Shown here: positions 1 through 13,625 of the stretch, piece after piece
Numbering within the stretch: position 1 is the first letter of the stretch
Layout of the letters: every line of letters begins with the position of its first letter
Assembly: GCA_964016885.1 (NCBI GenBank)
Contig: OZ024742.1
Span: forward strand, 39,680,001 to 39,744,000
Origin: Eledone cirrhosa
Lineage: Eukaryota
DNA: 64,000 bases
Reading direction: 5' to 3'
Translations under genes and position numbers: made by a program
Notes under the pieces: generated by a model
What the model was told of the DNA's origin: nothing
Seen by the model: only the letters and a program-made list of their open reading frames with translations
Database searches by the model: none

Positions 1-575
1 ACCTCAATAGGATGAAAAGAGGGATTTGAACTGAGAGCGTAGTGAGCCGGAACTAATACAGCAAACATGTTATCCAACTCTGCCAATTCGCAGCTTTCTA
101 TCTAAACAAAGGAAAGAAAATGAAAGATGCCAATAGTCAAATCAGACAAAGGAGCCAAAGTTGCGATTGTACTTTCTATTGCTGATACTATCTGTGCTTG
201 CGACTCTTGCTAGAAGAAAGATCGAACCAAAGAAACAATGATTCCATTGATCTTTCAGTTGCTGTTACTATCTGCCGGTCGTAACTCCTGGCAGAAGGAG
301 CAACTTGAAGTAAACTATTTACACAAGAATACAACATACTACGAGGTCATGAATTGAACTCACGGAACCATGATCGTGAGCCCAACACAGTAAGCGTTAT
401 ATTTTCCAACAGAAAATAAAACATTTATATAGTTAACAGTCGGGAACAAAAGACAAAATTAATGGCGGGGCGTCAACCACTTCTCATAACTAAACAACTA
501 TAACAACAACAACAGCAACAAGAACAAGAATAGAAACAACAACAACTGTTGAACGTCTATCTTTCCTGAGACATT

Positions 576-866
576 CTAACCATATGCCCGTAGTATCGAA
601 GCTGTGATAGGGAGAAATAGCGGCTCTACCAGGATCAACTCTCGGATCTCCAAACTACGCACTCTATCGAATAACGTTACTCCAAAGACCCTCTGACGGC
701 GAATCTTCCAGTTGTTAGAGCAAACAGAATAGCCTATTTGTGAAATTAATGTGCGAGTGTCTGAGCATTCCATAGACATATGTATCCTCGATGTAGTTCC
801 CATGGAGATCCAGCATGACACTGTGTGTGACAAAGCTGAACGTGTGAATTTAAAGGCACAACTCAT
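576..866 (-). pseudogene. Possible decayed RTE-type LINE thumb fragment
   Basis: Translation RQRVFGVTLFDRVRSLEIRE resembles the RT-thumb motif of RTE-clade ORF2. Weak match. Confidence 0.3.
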
Positions 867-1014
867 TTTTTGCCAGCAGAATGGACTGGAGCAACGGGAA
901 ATAAAGTATCTTGCTCAACGGAAATTGAAATCACGACTTTACGATTGTGAGTGGAGCACCATAACAACTAAACCACGGACCTACACAAAGCAAGAAGTGA
1001 ACAAATAAATAATA

Positions 1015-1800
1015 AGTGTTTCTACTTTTGGCTCAAGGCCAGCAATTATCCCAGTGCATTACTGGTTGGTGCTTTATTTTACCGACCTTGTAAGGATGAA
1101 AGGCAAAGCTATCCTCGGCGGGATTTGAAATCAGAACGCAAAGGGCCATAACTCTATGCTGCAAAGCATGGTCTCTGACGCTCTACCTATACTGCCAAAC
1201 ATTGCCACAAGGTCAGCAATTTAGGGAAGGGGAAAGTCAATTATATAGACCTCCAGTACTTCACTGGTACTTTTATCAACTCAGAAAGGTGAAAGCCGGC
1301 GTTGAATCAGCGAGATTATAACACAGAACACAGAGAACCGGAACAAAGAGAACGAAACATTTTGTCCAACGCTCTATCGATTCTGCTGACCCAACAATAA
1401 TGGTTTCTAATTTAGGTACAAGGCTAACAATTTCGGGGTTGTGGAAAATCGATTAAATTGAACCCAGTGCGTTACTGGTACTTTATTTTATCGACGCCGT
1501 ATGGATGAAAGACAAAGCTAAATTTCAACGGGATCTGAACTCAGAATGTAAAGGGCCGTAGCTCTATGCTACAAAGCACGGTGTCCGACGCTCTACTGAA
1601 ACTGCCAATCCACCACCCTTGGCAACCCAATAATAATTGTTTCTACTTTTGGCACAAGGCCAGCAGTTACCCCCAGTGCATTACCGGTAATATATTTTAT
1701 CGACCCAGTAAGGATGAATGGCAAAGCTAACATCATAAAGGGCCGTAGCTCTATGCCACAAAGAATGGTATCCGACGCTCTACCGATACTACCAATCCAT
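1015..1800 (-). mobile_element. Cluster of 4 tRNA-derived SINE copies/fragments (family A)
   Basis: Reverse complement of the family A consensus: A box TGGCAGTATCGGTAG, B box GAGTTCAAATCCCG, core GCCTTTCATCCTTACGGGGTCGATAAAATAAAGTACCAG, tail GCTGGCCTTGTGCCAAAAGTAGAAACAATTATT. Copies at ~1015-1200, 1205-1390, 1400-1615, 1635-1800. Confidence 0.85.
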
Positions 1801-2443
1801 TGCCTCTTGCCAAGCCAATGATAATGTGACAATGAATGGTATGATCTGATAGTCATATAGTTGTTGTTGATATCTTTATGGAAGTAAGGGTGGGGTTAAG
1901 CTAGCGTTTCTATATCATAATTTATTCATTTTATTTTATTTATTACTATTTTTATTTATTCTATTTTTTGCTGATCACTTATCACGCGTGTATTTGGGAT
2001 GCTCAGCCACTTGTAGGCAAATTTCATGAGCAGGCTATTCTGTTATTTGAACAACTGTAAGAGTCATCGTCAAAACCGACGGAGATTCAACATACAAAAA
2101 CCGCATGTGACTATGTTAAAGTTGTTACTGTGTTACTGTGTATGGGTGAAAACGAGAGTAGGAAACAGAGACTGTCGGATAGAAAGAGGGGGGGGGGATG
2201 AGAGAGAAAGAAACCGAGAGTGAATGATAGAGAAATAAAGTATGTGTTTGAGGATATTGTGTTTGCGTATCTATGTTTGTATATGCGTGTGGAATATTGT
2301 AGGTATGTATATGTGTACATGTTTGTATGTGGATATATATATATATATATATATATATACGTGTGTATAATGGTAGCTATGGTGCTTCCATAGGCGGTAT
2401 GCCAAAATTACCACTCAATATTCTTACAGAGTTTCGTTTTTTA

Positions 2444-2508
<65 letters not shown>

Positions 2509-2845
2509 ATAACGATCATGCGGTTCTATGATCGCTCAATGAGAGAGGATTGAGGCTAAAAATGCGAGATCTCAGAGCGTTCCACACTGCAAACATATAT
2601 ATATATATAGACAGACAGACACATATTATATACACATACACACATTTATACACACACACACACACATATATATATATGTCCACATACAAACATGTCCACA
2701 TGTCCATAAACTTAATATCCCCAAACATATTCTTTATTTCTCAATCAATTACTCTCACTATTTCTTATATATATATATATATACGTTTGTGTGTGTGTAT
2801 CTGTATATATATATATATATATATATATACGTTTGTGTGTGTGTA

Positions 2846-2886
<41 letters not shown>

Positions 2887-3169
2887 GTTTGTGTGTGTGT
2901 ATCTGTATATATATATATATATATATATATACATTTACCCCCCACCATACGTATATATACTTAAATATATATATATATATGCATGTATGTATATATGCAT
3001 GTATCTATACGTGTTTGTTCGGATGTATTTTAATAAAGATCGTTAAAAATTGAGAATTTGGGGCAAATGTGAAACTTGAGATTTTCTACGCCAATATAAA
3101 CTGCGACTCATTTGGATCATTAATATTAAATAAACTATTTAAGTAACGTTTTAGTAAGATTTCACTGCT

Positions 3170-3760
3170 TATTATTATTATTATTATTATGAATTTGATA
3201 TCTCAGTCACTGATGTTGTTTAACCGGAAAATTTGCCTATATTAACATCAAGCCACTATTTGCAGCCACAGATATTCAGGACGTATCAGAAGGTCCTGGC
3301 TGTTCTCAGTAGGTATGCCTTTTGAAGTGTTCCAATAAAGGGGGCTTGGCTAATGTTCTTTAGCCAGCCTTAGAAACTCTTCGAGATAGCACCTAGTGCT
3401 CCTATGACGATGGGGATGACCTTGATCTCATTACACTCCCAAACCCTTTTCAGTTCCCACTTTAAATTCTGGTACTGGTTAATTTTCTCCTCCTTTTCCT
3501 GCCCTCTTGTGTCAAAGGGGCTCGCTACATCTATAATCAAGCAAGATCTATTTTCCTTGTCAAAAACCACCAGGTCAGGTCAATCGTGTCCAATTTTTCG
3601 TCTGTTTCTATATTGAAATCATACAGCAACGTCACCCAATCGTTTTCAATTACCGATTCTGTCTTATGTTCATAACACCTCTCAGAGTGGGGTAAATTAT
3701 TCAATTTGTATAAATGCCAGTGGATCACTTTTCCTATCATATTCTGCCTCCTCTAAGCCA
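3170..3760 (-). mobile_element. 3' fragment of an R4/Dong-type non-LTR retrotransposon with restriction-like endonuclease
   Basis: Frameshifted ORFs 3537-3740 and 3370-3570 give HWHLYK..YEHK.ESVIEND.VTLLYDFNIET and (PD)LVVFDKENRSCLIIDVASPFD...EKINQYQNLKWELKRVW...IPIVIGALG (PD-(D/E)xK RLE). Ends in a (TAA)n tract at 3170-3190. Confidence 0.8.
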
Positions 3761-3959
3761 CATGCCTCCACATATACAAAGACAGCTAACTGAACTAAAC
3801 GCTCCTTTCAACAGTTTTCCAAGACATGGCAAAATGATCGTTTCTGCCCTTGCTCATCTCTTCTATATTTCTACTTCTTTCATTTCACATTCTAATGAAA
3901 GACTAGCGTCCGAAGCTAATATATTTCTTCATTGTACTGTATCGTTTGTTTTGCTATTT

Positions 3960-5411
<1,452 letters not shown>

Positions 5412-5715
5412 CTAGCAGCAGTACCCAGCGTTGCCTGGGTAGGTAAAATAATATCTGCTTTGATGAAAAGGTGTTGATCTTAGCGACTGCTTCTCCATGA
5501 CTCTCTATGGCCACACACAGGCCATGCGGAGGAGGGTGGTGATGACCTCTATCATCGGGAAACGCGGCTGACTGTCGAATGGGCATGCTGGGGGAGGGAG
5601 TTTCGAATTTGAACGAAATTGGTTGAAAAATATGGGAGCTAGAGCCGAAAATCTTATATTTCGATACCTAAAAAAAGGTGACCCCTATCGATTTTTATCT
5701 GCAGAATGACCCCGG
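5412..5715 (-). mobile_element. Helitron-like 3' terminus (non-autonomous fragment)
   Basis: On the minus strand, hairpin CCCAGGCAACGCTGGG lies ~8 nt before a terminal CTAG followed by T, the classical Helitron 3' end. The other boundary is uncertain. Confidence 0.55.
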
Positions 5716-5730
5716 AATATATATATATAT

Positions 5731-5925
5731 CAAAGAAGGCGTGGTAAGATACCAGGTGTACCATAACGCACCAAAGTACTCAATACTTAGGGTAGTAGAG
5801 TGGGTAATAGGAAAAGGGCCAGGACCCCGACGGCTGAGCTCCGGCAGTAGAACACTGGTGGCTTAGATCGGATCTAGCTGTCGAAACGGCCGGAGCTCAG
5901 CCGTCTGGATCCTGACTCTTTTCCT
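5731..5925. mobile_element. Fold-back element in (TA)n, family F1 (partial hammerhead)
   Basis: Homologous to 17856-18067, 19286-19390 and 22560-22760. Terminal inverted arm ends at TTCCTAT; contains GAAAC-GGCCGGAGCTCAGCC-GTC (HHR stem III + GUC). Confidence 0.75.
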
Positions 5926-5957
5926 ATATATATATATATATGTATGTATGTACGTGT

Positions 5958-5996
<39 letters not shown>

Positions 5997-6313
5997 CCTG
6001 CGCACGCACACATCCAATTGCCTTCGGAAGCATTAGGGGAAATATGAAATTTTAAATTTCCCCAAATGTTCGTAAACCAACCGGTTATTCTCACTTCTTT
6101 ATACAAGCTTAAACTCATCTAAAGGGCAGCAATCGTTGACCAAGATTTGATTCGTGTAATATTTAACTTACTCTTCAGTCATCTGAGAGATGTGGTCTTA
6201 TTTCTTGCAGGCGCCGCCTCTGGCCACTGTTTTTCCTTTCAAAGATTACACTATTTTGTGTAACTACTATTTATACTGATTGATTATTATTATATACAGA
6301 TCTGAGTTGGGAC

Positions 6314-6666
<353 letters not shown>

Positions 6667-6760
6667 TATACATATATATGTATACATATATATATACATA
6701 TATATATATACATATACATATAAATATTATATATATATATATATACATACACACACACAA

Positions 6761-6834
<74 letters not shown>

Positions 6835-7279
6835 CTTGTTTTCTCAGCACCTACTTCAGAATTTTACTGTTTCATGCATTAAATATACTGGCATCCACTT
6901 ATCTAAATTAAAACGAGTCCGTTGACAGATGCAGAAACTAGCTGCTTCTTTTTTTTCTTTTTTATATACTATTGCTTTTTCTGGCATAATATGCAAAGAT
7001 ATGCTAAGATAATTTCACTACATGTGTTTCCGAACGGGTTATCATGATGTTTTATTCAGATTTCCCTCGTGCCAAATTTGACTGCAAACAAACGTAAAAA
7101 TCTCCACTGCCAGCTGTCTTGGGATGTCTAACTTCATTAATATCCAGCAGCAATTGCCTGCTTGTCTGTCGTCTGGTTTACAACTTACTTTGGTGAGCTT
7201 GTCCAGCAAACTCTGCTTACCGTATTGGTAGAGGTCGGACAACATGCAGCATATAATTACGTCCCTTTACGTAACTATT

Positions 7280-7495
7280 CGGTGGATTGGCAGTATCGGT
7301 AGAGGGTCGGACGCCATGCTTTGCAGCAAAAAAGAGTTACATCCCTTTACGGTCTGAGTTCAAATCTCACCGAGGTTAACTTTGCCTTTCATCCTTACGG
7401 GGCCGATAAAATAAAGTACCAGTAATACACTGGAGTCTGTTTGGTCAACTTCCTTCTTCCCTTCGAATTGCTGGCTTCGTACCAAAAATAGGAAC
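7280..7495 (+). mobile_element. tRNA-derived SINE family A
   Basis: A box GGATTGGCAGTATCGGTAG, B box GAGTTCAAATC, and core match the other copies. Confidence 0.88.
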
Positions 7496-8293
7496 AAGGG
7501 CCTAGGTATCTTCTATGCATGCTGGGGTTGTATAATGTTAGCAGATAGGGGTAAAAGCCTCGTAAACCTGCTTAGATATTTTGAACTGCCTGACAGGTGC
7601 CGACTGAGTTACTCGAATATACTAATGTGGATAAGATCAGACGGCGTCGAGTCATCCATATTGTATTTACATAGAGTATTCTGTTGGTCAGTAGATGGTA
7701 AATAGCGTAGGTTGTCCACATTTTAAAGTGGTCGATTACACAAACCACAAATTTGTGATGTATATAGGCTTCGTAAATTACTGGAAGCTGAACGCACAAA
7801 GCTTACTAAGGCCGGATTAGGGAACTAGTAAAGCAGCTGTTGGTGGGAACAAACATCAACAACACATGGTTTTTCGTTTTGAAAAGGGTAAGTATAGTAG
7901 AATCGATAACGTTTAGTAAGGGGTGACAGTAGAGTAAATTAAAATAAATGAGAGCTTAGAAATTTAGAAGGGTTTTGAAGAAAGATTTATTACATTTTAT
8001 TACCTAACAAATGTTTCATAACTGTTATCAATCATCTACGAGAGTGAATAAAATGCACTTGGTAAAGAATAAATGTCATCTCGATTTCTATTGATATCAC
8101 CCCCACCCCCCACTTATATATAAACTAAAATCAACCGAGGGCAAGACAGCGAACTAAAACAAGGCAAAATGAAAAGCAATTTGTTAAAGGGGAAACGTTT
8201 TCGAGATAAAACCTTTTTGAAAATAAAAATACAAACGAAAGACACAGAACTCCAGGGTCATCGGCCGTTGAGATGGACTTAGGCAGTTTCGAC

Positions 8294-8434
8294 CCTTACC
8301 AACGGTACTGCTGCCCAATCGGGGTCACGGCGTCTGACACAAGGCAAAACTCTGTCCATGGAGTAAGAGACGAGACAAGAGCATAATTTATAATAGTTAA
8401 GCTATAACATGTGTACATAGAATTTGTGACGTCA
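8294..8434 (-). promoter_or_regulatory. Candidate Pol II core promoter/first exon (CRE + TATA + splice donor)
   Basis: Perfect TGACGTCA at 8427-8434, minus-strand TATAAA at 8387-8392, and a GTAAGG donor at ~8294-8299, all in apparently unique sequence. Motif co-occurrence only. Confidence 0.25.
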
Positions 8435-8697
8435 TAGCAGGTTATAGCACGAAAGTCTCATGAAACACGAGTCTCATGCACGATATGAATAAGATCTCAA
8501 CACAAATGCATGCTACCTAAGGATTCAAACTTCAACCAGTACATAAAATAGACATTTTATGTCTGCTGGTATAGTTATCATATTCATATTTTGGTCTGTA
8601 CATTACATACAGCGTTCTTTTTCCTTCAACTATTCTTCGGAAATTCTGGGCACTATATATATAGAAATCACTGGATATCGATCTAAACCCTTACTTT

Positions 8698-8760
<63 letters not shown>

Positions 8761-8764
<4 letters not shown>

Positions 8765-8985
8765 TTACGAGCTGAGGATCCGCTAAGGTGAAACAATCGT
8801 TCTCGGTATGGTGAACTAACTGTTGTGTAACCACTTCTAACTAACTTAGTTAGGTAGAAGTGGTTACACAACAGTTAGTTCACCATACCGAGAACCTTAT
8901 GCGGATCTTCAGCTCGGACTGAAGATCTGCATAAGGTGAAACAATTGTTCTCGGTATGGTGAACTAACTGTTGTGTTACTACTTT
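8761..8985 (+). mobile_element. Sense-antisense-sense mini-element in (TA)n with minimal type I hammerheads
   Basis: HHR 8768-8805: CGAG-CTGAGGA-TCCGCTAAGGT-GAAAC-AATC-GTT-CTCG. Second HHR ~8915-8954 with CTGAAGA and palindromic AACAATTGTT. Inverted middle copy lacks the GAAAC segment. Confidence 0.75.
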
Positions 8986-8999
8986 TATATATATATATA

Positions 9000-10170
9000 T
9001 ATCATCATCATCATCGTTTAACGTCCATCTTCCACGCTAGCATGGGTTTGGACGGGAATTTTCCCACGTGAGGCAAGATTGGTTGTCTTGCTCGTGTAGG
9101 ACTGTCTGGTGGGTTTTCTATGCCCTTCCTAACACCAACCACGTTTACAGTGTGAACTGGGAGATTTTTACCGTGTTACCTACACGGCCACATTACAGCG
9201 TGGACTGTGTGTTTTTTTTTGTCGTGACACCTACACGACCTCATTTATTTAGGACTGGATGTTGTGGTACCAACCTAACTTTACATCGAGAGGGGTGGTG
9301 TGGATGGGGTGGGGGTAGTGGGATGGGGGTATATTTTGGTAAGAGGTGCCTACTGTCTGTAGGTTTTGCTTTGCACTTAGGCAAGGCGGGTTTTCTGTAT
9401 TACTGCGTAGCGCCAAATATCTCGGTCCAGTGACATTGTCTTGGAGAGGTATAAGTTTGTGAGGTCGGAATTTATCAAGTCGTCCCAGGTTTTTCTGGGT
9501 CTGCCTACTCCGTGGCTACCGTCTATTTTTATTGCCTACAGCTGTTGTCTTCATGCTCATCACGTGACCATACCAACGTAATCTTCTCTCGAGTAAACAG
9601 CATCTGATCCCTCTTATTCCTAATTTCTCACTTAGTTCATTTATGCTTTGCCGTTCACGTATATTACTATTACAGATCCAACGGAGCATGCAAGCTTCGT
9701 TCCTCTCCAGTCTGCGTATATCCTTTGCACACAATGCCCAGGTCTCACTGCCATGTAACATTGCTGTTCGTATGCAGGCATCATACAGCCTGCCTTTCAT
9801 TTTTAGAGAGAAACCTTTAGCGGCCAATAGTGGTATAAGCTCTCTGAACTTTTTCCATCCCGTTCTGACCCTAGCTACTGTACTTTCAGAGCACCCTCCA
9901 CCACTGCTGATTTTGTCACCCAGGTAACGGAAGGTGTCCACTATTTCTATAGAACCATCTGTGCAATGGAATGAGCTAGTATTCAGTGGGCACTTGCTGC
10001 TACTTATTGCACCTGAGCACCAGCCACATATAAAATCTATATTCTTAGTTAGCTTACCTGTGATCCTACTACATCTTTTATGCATACTTTGCATTTGGGA
10101 CATAAAATTGAGTTTCTGCCTACTCCTTTCCTACACACTGAGCATGGCCATTTCCCAGATGGGACCAGTG

Positions 10171-10174
<4 letters not shown>
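9000..10174 (-). mobile_element. 5'-truncated RTE-type LINE with (TGA)n tail
   Basis: ORF 9516-10103 has RT C-terminus/thumb (YLGDKIS, LHGSETW, RRLRWYGHV) preceded by a Cys/His PHD-like finger. Close copy at 44346-45670. Confidence 0.9.
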
Positions 10175-11015
<841 letters not shown>

Positions 11016-11068
11016 CTGTATATATATATATATATACATATATATACATATATATATATATATATGTA

Positions 11069-11165
<97 letters not shown>

Positions 11166-11247
11166 TTGCACACATATATATGTGTGCATGTATGTATATA
11201 TATATATATACATACTACTGTACGTCTGTATAGATATATGTATGTAC

Positions 11248-11305
<58 letters not shown>

Positions 11306-11589
11306 TCATACATATATGCTCAGAAATTTACACAAGCACATAAACAGCTAGATGGTTGTGTGTGTGTGAAAATTATGTCAAGTATCAGACAATATTTTAT
11401 ATATTTCGCAATAACATAAATAGATGAACGTGAGAGAGGGAGGCAATGAATGATGATATAGTTGAGGTGAAAGGCGTATGTATATATTATACAAATAACT
11501 TATTATTTAGCGAAGGAAACGGTAAAACGGAGGAGACGTGTCCAGGCGGCATTGATTGGTACGTACGTGTGTATGTGTGTGTATTTGAA

Positions 11590-11936
11590 TATATATGAAA
11601 ACACACACACATAGAACAAACAACCAACTAGTAACATGTAAATAAACAAATAAATAAACAAATAAAAACACACACAGACACAAAAACAAGATGGCGTAGG
11701 ACAGAACAAAGGAGGTGCACAAAACAAAGAAAAGAATCCCCGGTCACTGAGAGGTCACAGAATGTGTGACGAAAGAACTTTGACAATATATGAACAACCA
11801 TCCGGTTGTGGAACCAACCAACCAACCAACCGGAAATTTATAAATTTTTTAAATTTATAATTTAATTTATAATAAATTCGAGTGAAAGCTTCTGGTGCGT
11901 GTGTTTCTTATTTGCAACATGACCCTCCCAAAGTAT

Positions 11937-11940
<4 letters not shown>
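11590..11940 (+). mobile_element. Dispersed element family F2 (homologous to 23110-23473) with HHR-like motif
   Basis: Shared ~350-bp sequence ending CATGACCCTCCCAAAGTATAACAATAT. HHR-like motif at 11743-11784 (core CTGAGAG, one base deleted relative to the 23273 copy). Confidence 0.7.
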
Positions 11941-11974
<34 letters not shown>

Positions 11975-12239
11975 GTAAATAAAGAAGTGCAATGGCAGCC
12001 AAAGTTATCATCCCTTGTGGTTAATTGAATGAGGGTCCAATTGGATCCAAAAATGGATTAAAGGTGTTTACCGTTTTTTCAATTTACAGGGAAATTCGTA
12101 TTTTCTGGCATGTGTACATGCTTACATATGACTTTAGTGCAGTCTCAGAAATCTTGCATGCATTAATTTCATATCTTTTGTTTCTTTCCATCCTAGTCAG
12201 CCTATGAACTTCGTTTCAGGCGACCCTCATGTATATATA

Positions 12240-12714
12240 CGAGGTGTGTCAGAAAAGTTCCAGGACTGATGTCACAAAAGATTTATTTCAAACCCAAACT
12301 TCACACTAAGAGTTTTCTCCTTCAAAATAATCCCCCTGGAGTCTAATGCACTTTTCCATCCTTTTCTGCCACGCTTGCATGCACTCCTGGAAGGATTCTT
12401 CCGGGATCCTCCGCAGTTCCGTCGTCACGGCCTTTTTGATGTCGTCCACGTCTTCAAAACGGATCCCCTCCGGGTCGTACTCGGAGATCCATGACTCATC
12501 ACCGGTGATGAATGTCCCTAGCAAGTCTGGTTCGGTTTCAAGACGCTCGAGGATATAAAATTATGAAAAAAAAAGTTTGATCGCTGCAGAGAGCTAAAAT
12601 TACAGTTACATACTCCAGGGGGATTACTTTGAAGAAGAAAACTCTTAGTTTGAAGTTTGGGTTTGAAATAAATCTTTTGCGACATCAGTCCTGGAACTTT
12701 TCTGACACACCTCG
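12240..12714 (-). mobile_element. Internally deleted mariner (Tc1/mariner) transposon
   Basis: TIRs CGAGGTGTGTCAGAAAAGTTCCAGGACTGATGTC..., TA flanks. Residual transposase ITGDESW fused to the C-terminal WQKRMEKCIRLQGDYFEG. Confidence 0.9.
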
Positions 12715-12794
<80 letters not shown>

Positions 12795-12797
<3 letters not shown>

Positions 12798-13280
12798 TTG
12801 ACCTGTCCGATTTCTTTTCTCGCGCGCTCTTGGCCAAGCCGGTATGAATTTTTTTTCTCTCTCTCTCTCTCGTCTGCGACTTCACAGAACTTATGTTTAC
12901 CGAATTCGCAGACTAGACCCCTTCTTCCTCCCGTTAGACCTGTGCGAAATTCCTTCCTTGCTCACATTTCAACCAGGTTTGATGGTCTTTATTCTCTCGT
13001 TCACGATTTCACCGAGTTTATATTCATAGAAATCTGGGACTTGTCCCTTTCTTCTCACTTTCTGTTGCTTAAACCATTTTGTTTGTTCACCCTAACGTCC
13101 CCTTTATTTACGTGTCCCAACGACTTTTTTTAGCCGTTGTTCGCACCAACCTGAGGTATATGGCCCTTAAAGCGATGAAATGCCTAGGACGGTTGGAGGG
13201 CCACTGATGAAGGACTTACTTTTTCATATGTAACCCATTTGCAACGCCGCAGCTCCATTATTATCATATTTACACACATA
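12795..13280 (+). mobile_element. ~485-bp non-coding element in (TA)n carrying the rearranged hammerhead motif
   Basis: Pyrimidine-rich body bounded by TA tracts; motif at 13114-13215. Confidence 0.65.
13114..13215 (+). ncRNA. Non-circularly permuted (pseudoknotted) hammerhead-like ribozyme, copy 1
   Basis: GTCC/GGAC, CAACG/CGTTG, TCGC/GCGA, CCAACC/GGTTGG, stem III AGGTAT/ATGCCT, stem I TGGCCCT/AGGGCCA. Core GAAA 13177-80, CTGATGA 13204-10; predicted cleavage after AUA at 13160. Confidence 0.8.
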
Positions 13281-13298
13281 TATATATATATATATATA

Positions 13299-13625
13299 TT
13301 GGTAAACGGAATAGAAAATGCTGACAAATTGTTCACAGTTGAAAAATGGTTTAATTAGGAATAAAAGAGTATTAGTGATTGTATGGGTTAGTATTCAGTT
13401 GTGGTTTTAAGTTTTTAAGTTTTTACCGGTTGCGCATTTCTAAATGCTTTTCAAAAATAATTTTGAGATAGAGTGTCCGTGCTGTTTGCCCAGATCAGAG
13501 CAAACAGCACGGACACTCTATCTCAAAATTATTTTTGAAAAGCATTTAGAAATGCGCAACCGGTAAAAACTTAAAAACTTAAAACCACAACTGAATACTA
13601 ACCCATACAATCACTAATACTCTTG
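13299..13625 (-). mobile_element. Fold-back element (~125-bp inverted arms) with decayed minimal HHR
   Basis: Arms ~13367-13488 and ~13500-13625. Motif TTTT-TGAAAA-GCATTT-AG-AAATGC-GCAAC-CG-GTA-AAAA is a degenerate CTGANGA/GAAAC core. Confidence 0.65.

Noticed and set aside
7042-7245. Host exon or LINE RT fragment
   Set aside because: Only vague similarity to an RT N-terminal region (..IW.EG..); too weak to call.
7280-7380. tRNA genes
   Set aside because: A/B boxes are present but continue into SINE core and tail; no complete cloverleaf, many diverged copies.
12028-12230. MITE defined by ATGAGGGTC/GACCCTCAT
   Set aside because: Only 9 bp of inverted match and no clear TSD; could be chance.
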